Part shown: positions 57,701 through 64,000 of the stretch, piece by piece
How positions within the stretch are numbered: position 1 is the stretch's first letter
How the letters are laid out: every line of letters starts with the position of its first letter
Source: Caecitellus pseudoparvulus
Lineage: Eukaryota; Protista; Bigyra: Bicosoecida
Length of the DNA stretch: 64,000 nucleotides
Assembly: GCA_965644315.1 (NCBI GenBank)
Contig: CBFFRQ010000057.1
Coordinates: 496,001 to 560,000, forward strand
Reading direction: 5' to 3'
Translations under genes and position numbers: made by a program
Notes under the pieces: generated by a model
Database searches by the model: none
What the model saw: the letters and a program-made list of their open reading frames with translations, nothing else
What the model was told of the DNA's origin: nothing

Positions 57701-59229
57701 AATTTGACGCCGCACACCTGCACCTGACGAGGACCCCTCTGCCCGTGCGTCGCCAGACATAGATCCGCTCATGGAGTGCGCTATCGCTTCAAACTCTCCC
57801 TGCGCCGCTTCCAGTGCATCTGACTCACGCAGCGCGTCCTCTCCAGATTGCACGGCTGCCTTCAGGGCCGCCTGTCGTGCGCTCGACGCCATGGACTGTA
57901 GGAGGTCATTGCAGCCTTGCAACACCCCCATGCACTCGCGGATGAAGGGGTTCTCCTCCTCCTGTAGTCCGCCCTGCACACCACCGTGCAGGGCGGCCTG
58001 GCGGGCAGCCATGTCCAGGCCCAATGTGCCCATCTGCAGAGAGGGGATGCGGCAGGAGCCGCCGCCCCCGCCACCGTCCTCCCCACTCGCATCGCTGCCC
58101 GCCTGGTCGTCAGAGTCGGAGCCATGCCTCGAGGTGTCACCATTTCCCTGCCGCCGCAGGGATGCCGCGTGTGACGCGCGCATGCTCTCCGCACGAGCCT
58201 GCTCTCGACACAGCAGCATGCTGCGAGCCGCGACCTCGCTCGTGCCGTCTAGGCGGTCTGTGCCGAGGAAAAGGCCGCGCAGGGACGTGTTGGACTTCAC
58301 GCCCCCGCACAGGTCCACAGTTCCCTTGGACCCCAGCTCCGTATAGGACACACTCAGGTGTTGCAGGTGGCGGTTCGTCACCAGCATGCTGCCCAGCGCT
58401 GCACCGCTAGCAGGCCCCAAGCAGTTACTAGAGAGACGCAGGCGCTCCAGGGTGTTATTGTAGCGAAGGGCCTGGCACATGGCACCCACTCCACTGTCCC
58501 CTAGCCTATTCCCCGTCAGCAGGAGCTCCCGCACACCCCCTCGACGGATACGGGGTGGGGCCCGCTTGCTGCCCTCCTGACAACTGGGGTGGGCTAGCAG
58601 CAGGCATAAGGATGGGACAACATCCGCTGAGAGCTGGTTTCCATCCAGCTGCAGAGAGCTGGTGCCGCTGAGCCCTCCTGAGTATGCAATGGCGGCGGCC
58701 GCGGCACAAATGAAGAGGCCTGGTGGTGGCCAGCAGTTGGTCACAGCCAGTGTGGATGGAGCAAAGGGAGACCCCAGGGCCTGCCAAGCAAGAGAGGTGC
58801 TGGCAGGTGGCAGTTCGCAGCGTTGAAAGCGCAGCATTTCAAGCCTGTGGCGGAGGGGCATGGGTGGTCTGTGTGAGAAAGCGAGCTGGCAGAGCGGTGC
58901 CTGGCCGCGACGCACGATGCAAGGCTCCTGTCTGATGCGCAGGCGGCGTTTCGGGTGCACACAGCATGCAGCACTGCATCCACCAGCTGCGAGGGGCTGT
59001 GATCGGGCCCTCGCAAGGCCCCGACGATGGACAGCTCCGCCAGCGTGCGGGGCAGCGGGGCCAGCTGCAGCTGCTCAACGAGCTCTTGCTGGAACGCGAG
59101 CGACTTGACTCGAAAGAGCAGGGTGCTGGCTGAGGCTTCATATTGCACATGTTTAGGGAACTTGTCAGCGAAGGCTTCCCATGACGCATGCAGCAGCATG
59201 TGCGCGGGGGCGTCCTGGCTTCCTGACAT
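45794..59229 (-). CDS. Giant TRPM-like cation channel (~4,439 aa): LRR - ankyrin - SLOG/MHR1-4 - SAM - TK-like pseudokinase - 6TM channel - TRP box; exons 59229-58961, 58844-45794
   Basis: 13-kb open frame. MHR motifs: PFVRV, PSTLISV, AWIITDG, LDTTHSLFIFVD, WAAVNG, LKLAV...F......Q....VW. Channel motifs: LGPRV, WSVFGD, LLNILIAVL, WNVYR, LPPP. A phase-2 intron at 58960-58845 joins the upstream ATG exon in frame. Confidence 0.9.
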
Positions 59230-59445
59230 GGCAAGCTCAAAATCCGCACTGCACGCGCCCCTACAAGTGCCTGCCCCCTCAGACTTGGGGCGGCTACGCC
59301 GGGTCCACTACTGCGCTGGTCCGCAGCAACTGACGTGCATGACACTTGCATTAAATTTTCACCCTGGTGGTGGTTGTCGGGTTTGACTTGAAGTCACCCT
59401 TGAGACCCAGGCAGCGAAGGGAATGCATCATCTGGGACCGGGGCA

Positions 59446-60977
59446 CTATCCACGGCCCCCTCCCCACCAGAAGCTCACAGAAATGGACGCTGTCTCAGCA
59501 CGCACGTGGTGCCACCAGCCAGGGGGGATGTACAACATTTCACCGGGCTGCAAGTGCACGTAGGTGCAGCTCAAGCCAGGCGCACGTGCACCGCTCCCAT
59601 GCCCCGGCTCCTGCTGCCTCGAATATGGCGCCAAAGTGGCAGTGTTCCACGCCGCCCCACCACATGACGTCAGCGCTGATGAAGCGGTGGGGGGTAGTAA
59701 AAGCACAGTCTTGCAGCCAGCCACCTGCGCGAGAAGGTTGTGTGGCTCGTCAAAGTGCAGGTTGGAGGTGGTGCCTGCCGGCCCCAGCCAGATTTGCTGC
59801 AGCACCTCTGTGTCGCCGTAGCCGCTGACTGTGCGTGGGTGCCACCAGTGCTCTCCCACGCGTACTTCAGGGGCTCCTCCATGAGGCTTCACGCTGTGGT
59901 CACTGTCTGCCCGAGCACGCTTTGCAGCTGGCGGCTGCAGGTGGTGCAGTAAGGCGAGGTCAGGGATGGGAGCAGCCGACTGCAGGGAGGGCACTTGCTG
60001 CACCAGGCAGTGCTGGGCGAGATATTTGATGGGTACGCGCGGCTTTGCGTGGGGACAGGCGTCTGCTGCACACATTTGACCCAGCACAGCAGACGTGGGC
60101 TGTAGGCGCTGCGACCACCCCTCCGCCATGTACGAAGCCCCCTCCTCCACCGGCACAGTTCTGTGCCCCAGCAGTGCATGCCAGAACCTTAGCGAGTGCC
60201 ATTTACCTTGTTGAAAGGCCGGCCAGTGGCCCATGCTGCCCCGGACGACAGCCGGCGCCCCAGCTGCAAGGCAGCGAGATTGGAACTCCAGCGCAGTCGG
60301 GGAGTGCAAGACGGCCACAGGAGAGATCGAGCCTCCCAGCAGTCCAATTGGCAGTGGCCAGTGTGAACAGGTGCAGTGCGCATTCAGGGTGCAGCTGCAG
60401 CTGCATGGGGCCGCAGGGGGCGGCAGGGCTTCCACCAGGCTCTGGGCTACCTCAGCGTCCAGTGCATGCCCCAGCATGCATGCGACATCCAAGGCCTGGA
60501 AAATCGAAAGAAGGGACTGCTCTGGAATGGAACTATCTTTAGACAGTGAAGACAACTGAATGCACACGCGTAGCCTTGCAAACAGGCTGTACAAGTGCCT
60601 CCAACCGGGATGCACCTCCTTCCAATTACCGCAGTGCAGCGCATTCCACGCACATTGCTGCAGGCGGCACAGGGCCGGAAGAAACTGCAGCAATTTGCCT
60701 GTCTCTGCTTGCATAATGTCATTGCTGAGGGTTTGGATGTCGGACAGGCACGCAGCACAACCAGGACCTGAAATACAAGGAAGGCGAGCAGGTACACGCA
60801 CGGCGAGCAGGTGTCCATGCAGCAATGCTCACCTGCCCCGTCACACAGCGCCTGCAAGGGCCCATGAACTCGAGCCGCATGAAGGTCTCGTTCCAAGACA
60901 CTGACTGCTCTTCTCCTTGCCAAGCCCAGGTCGCGGCAGCCTGCCTCCTTCCCGTCTGCCGGCAGCTCGGCAGCCAT
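59446..60977 (-). CDS. KDM8: JmjC-domain hydroxylase JMJD5/KDM8 (one intron near 60767-60832)
   Basis: AWNALHCGNWKEV, HWPA, RTVPVEEG, YLAQH, WLGPAGT.S.LHFD..HNLLAQV.G.K, PGEMLYIPPGWWHHV...S.SVSFWW. Confidence 0.9.
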
Positions 60978-61231
60978 GTGTCTCCGCAGCAACCTCACGG
61001 CCAACGTTTGCCAAGTCAACAGTCGCCCTGGTGCCCAAGGTGTGGACCCCCAGAGAGTCGAGGGCGTCCAAGATGCCTACGATGGCGTTAGGAGTGCTGA
61101 TCACCGCAAAATTGTGAAAAGAATCATGGATGTGACAAGAAAGTGCGCTGTCGAGAAGAAGGCGAACGCTTTGCGCAAGCACCAAAATGAATCCTGCTCC
61201 TTTCCAATGACAACACAATCCTAGCCGATGG

Positions 61232-62521
61232 ATGACCGACCCTCTAAAAAGAGGATGCCATGAAAGCCATGCCAAGACTGTGGAGGCTTTTCTCGTTCAC
61301 TGGCTTGCGTCGATGGAGCCAGTCAGCGGCGCAGCTGGCTCCTCACCCGTTGCCAAGCAGACCAGCCATCCAAGCATGCCTGTCACAGCCAGCCTGCTGA
61401 GAGGGGTACAGCTAAGTGACAGGGTCTTGGGAGTATTGGGTTTTATCCTTGGCAGCGTGTTGTTTTGGTATGAGCGTGATAGTCGGTGTGTTGGCGACGC
61501 GTTGTGGTTGTCATTTGTGGCGCGTCATGGACCAATTTCCGCATGCAGCTCCCCTGCACAGTTGATGGTGGGAGCAGACCGGGCCTGTCGCCTGACCCAG
61601 TGGAGCGAACTGCTGTCATGGATCACCGTCCGCATTTCATGGCCCGGCAGTAACGAAGAAGTTACTGCTGAGGGTCTGAGAGAAGTCGTCAGTGCGCTAC
61701 TGGCGTTGCTTGGCAGCACTGTTGCTGCATCCAACCCGGCACGCCGACGGGAGCGCAGTACCTACCGCCTGGTAGCGGCGCTAAGGTTGGCCAAACATTG
61801 CAACTGGTCGCAGTCTCCCCGCGTTGCTCAAGGAAAGCTCCCCCTCCGCACAGGGGCATTCAGCAGCAGCGCCGCTTGCAACCGAAGCGTTGCAAGCGGC
61901 GAGCACAGCAGCCACAAAAGTCATAGCAGCCACAGCAGCCACAGCAGCGGCTATTCAAGCTCGAGTGCTCCAGGCGCCCACCTGCCTGCTCCCCGCACCA
62001 TGGCAGAGTTCATTGCCCGGCGTCGCTGTGCCAGTGGGGGCGCCCCCCTGTCCTTGACCAGCCTGCGCGAGGGTGCAGCAATGTGCATGGATGCATGGAG
62101 AATGGAGGCCCTGAAGGTTGCACACAGTCCTCAAGTGCCGTTGACTGTGCCGGAAGGCAGTCCCAAGGCCCCCTCGGGCGGCAGGCTTGTTCGTGCCAAA
62201 GAGCTGGTGCCCGCGCTGGCCATGCTTTCACCGTCACCGCCCAGGAGGCGGGTGGGCAACGCTGGCTTCTCGTGGCAGGCAGGGAGTGTAACGTCTAGAG
62301 CGCCAGTCAGGCCGGGCAAGGACGAATGTGGAGCGCCTCAACTGCCTTGTGATGTGGGTGCCACGGCGGACGTCACCCAGAACTCAGACATTTCCTGGGC
62401 AGTAAGCTCGACACGCAGCAGTAGGTGCTTGTCTTCTTGCTCTCATATCTCCAATGTGATGCAGGGGCATGACAAGGAGGACGTTGACTCCCCAGGAAGC
62501 CCGGCCTTGATGTTCTTGTAG
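61232..62521 (+). CDS. Hypothetical protein (5' end uncertain)
   Basis: A 429-codon ORF fills an otherwise empty interval; no motif was recognised. Confidence 0.4.
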   Translation: MTDPLKRGCHESHAKTVEAFLVHWLASMEPVSGAAGSSPVAKQTSHPSMPVTASLLRGVQLSDRVLGVLGFILGSVLFWYERDSRCVGDALWLSFVARHGPISACSSPAQLMVGADRACRLTQWSELLSWITVRISWPGSNEEVTAEGLREVVSALLALLGSTVAASNPARRRERSTYRLVAALRLAKHCNWSQSPRVAQGKLPLRTGAFSSSAACNRSVASGEHSSHKSHSSHSSHSSGYSSSSAPGAHLPAPRTMAEFIARRRCASGGAPLSLTSLREGAAMCMDAWRMEALKVAHSPQVPLTVPEGSPKAPSGGRLVRAKELVPALAMLSPSPPRRRVGNAGFSWQAGSVTSRAPVRPGKDECGAPQLPCDVGATADVTQNSDISWAVSSTRSSRCLSSCSHISNVMQGHDKEDVDSPGSPALMFL

Positions 62522-62960
62522 CCGTGGCCTCTCTGCGCGCTGGTGCGATTGGCAATGTGTCGATGTGCAGCATGCGCATGCAGGCAATGCACTTTGTCCA
62601 GAGCGAGCGTGTGCGTACATCTGAGACTCTGTGGCTGGGAATGAGGGGTGCTTCGCCGGCGTTGCCTGTCTTCTTGAACGCGTTGAAAGCAAGGCTGCGC
62701 TGATGCATGCCTGAGCACAGCACGTAATCGTGACTGTGGAACAATTCGCAAGCTCATGGTGGCAATTGGATTTCCCACACAGGCGGCGCTAGTGTCCGAG
62801 CATCCCTTCCGCATGGTTGCAGGCCGACTCCCACCCCATCGCCGAGCCAGCCATAGTCCGCAGCATCACTGCCTCCTGCGACAGCGAGCATCTGCCGAGG
62901 CTCGCCCAGCTCCGGCTGACCAGGAGCACTCGCCCAACCACCCCGTACAGCAGCCTCTCC

Positions 62961-64000
62961 ATGTCTCTTGTTTCGTTTGCAGACACCCTAGGCAAGGGGG
63001 GTGAGTGCTCGCTGGCGTTGGGCCGCTCAACGGCAGCTGCCAAGTCCACGCCTGCCTTGAACGCCTGCACACGCCACCATTGCCCACGCAGACACTCGTG
63101 CACGGCTGAAAGTAATTGGGGAAATCGTAGGGCACTTCGAGCAGCATGACATTTTCATGGTGAGCCTGCCCGTGGGGTGCAGCCCTTGCCTGCGTCAAGT
63201 GCATTTCCCCGCCTGAGAAAGCACAGGATGGAGATTGCCATGACCTCCTGCTGCGCCTATGCGAGTCAGTCAACGACAACAACCCCAAGGTTGCATCAGG
63301 TGCAGTGTCATCCCTCCAACTAGCTGTTGAGCAGGTAAGCAAGGCGCAGGTCTGCCTGCTCCATTTTCCGCACACACGCTTCGGATTCACACACCCCGCT
63401 CCTCTCAGCTGGGGGCAGAAGTGGCACCCTTGAAGAACACTATGATTGATGCACTACTTACAGCCACCGGAAGCCAGAGAGAAACCGTCCGTGATGGGTC
63501 CTTGGAAGTCCTCATCTCGCTCATGCTGGCTCTCGGCATTCCCAGTGTGGTGGACGCCCGCTTCCGTGACCTGCACCGCTCTTCCAACATGAACTTGAGG
63601 GAGCAGCTGGCAGTGCTTTATGCCCGCATGTTGTTTGACGTCGTGCCCACGCTGGGAGATGGCCCCGCTGGGAACTTCGACTTCGGGCTTGTGCAGCGGC
63701 AGTGCGTGTCTCTTCTCTCGGACGGGGCATCGCGTGTGCGCGAGGCTGCGCTGGACGCCTTGGCCGTCATGACTGCCATGTACGGAGACGATATTGTGCA
63801 GCAGTTGCAAGGGGCGGGCGTCCGGCAGAGCCACTTGCAGACTGTGCAGCAGCGCGCAGCCGAGCTGCGGGAGGGCGAGGAGGAGGACGTTGCTCAGCCC
63901 GCCGCTGCTGCCGCTGCAGCAGCCTCCGCACCCCAGTTCCAACACGCCACGCTCCCCCCTGCAGCTTACGGACGCGCAGACCCCACTCCAGATTCCGAGC
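62961..64000 (+). CDS. CLASP-like TOG/HEAT microtubule-binding protein (3' partial); exons 62961-63000, 63092-63159, 63227-63334, 63409->64000
   Basis: The spliced product MSLVSFADTLGKGDTRARLKVIGEI...VNDNNPKVA...ETVRD...LRE...LLSDGASRVREAA matches the CLASP TOG1 pattern. All three introns are GT-AG and in phase. The ORF track missed this gene because it is spliced and truncated. Confidence 0.75.

Noticed and set aside
58845-58960. ORF-track N-terminus of the giant channel (MHPKRRL...)
   Set aside because: It starts at a GTG that is the donor of a 116-nt intron; the true start is more likely the ATG at 59229.
38145-59229. VPS36-CTL-KEA-TRP as a functional membrane-transport cluster
   Set aside because: Co-location on one strand alone is weak evidence in such a compact genome.
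62373-63390. Minus-strand ORFs near the window end
   Set aside because: Those above 62961 are better explained as antisense to the spliced CLASP-like gene, whose exons join in phase; the rest show no motif.

Overview
GC-rich, very gene-dense eukaryotic nuclear DNA with short (about 65-130 nt) spliceosomal introns and tiny intergenic spacers. It looks like a protist, and a stramenopile origin is my inference only. About 25 protein-coding genes are supported. Housekeeping genes: GST-like, SNRNP27, METTL5, ESS2/DGCR14, PHGDH, PIF1, PH-formin, MOB1, Sel1-repeat protein, dienelactone hydrolase, nurim/MddA-like methyltransferase, ITPase, VPS36, CTL/SLC44 transporter, KEA/TMCO3-like antiporter, JMJD5 and a CLASP-like gene truncated at the window end. 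No rRNA, tRNA, CRISPR or transposon was seen. The standout is a ~4,440-aa TRPM-type cation channel (45794-59229, minus strand) with the architecture LRR - ankyrin - SLOG/MHR1-4 - SAM - tyrosine-kinase-like pseudokinase - S1-S6 - TRP box. In effect it is a 'chanzyme' built differently from TRPM6/7. Other notable items: an F-box kinase with a WNK-style relocated lysine, a HERC2/KEG-repeat + SPRY + kinase giant, a MOB1 with all four zinc ligands replaced by hydrophobic residues, a formin whose FH1 is replaced by 17 GPRP repeats, a K+/H+ antiporter carrying an MGAT5-like Cys-rich module, a GC-AG intron, and a candidate ATTTCCGCA core-promoter motif. All domain calls come from motif recognition by eye; no searches were run.
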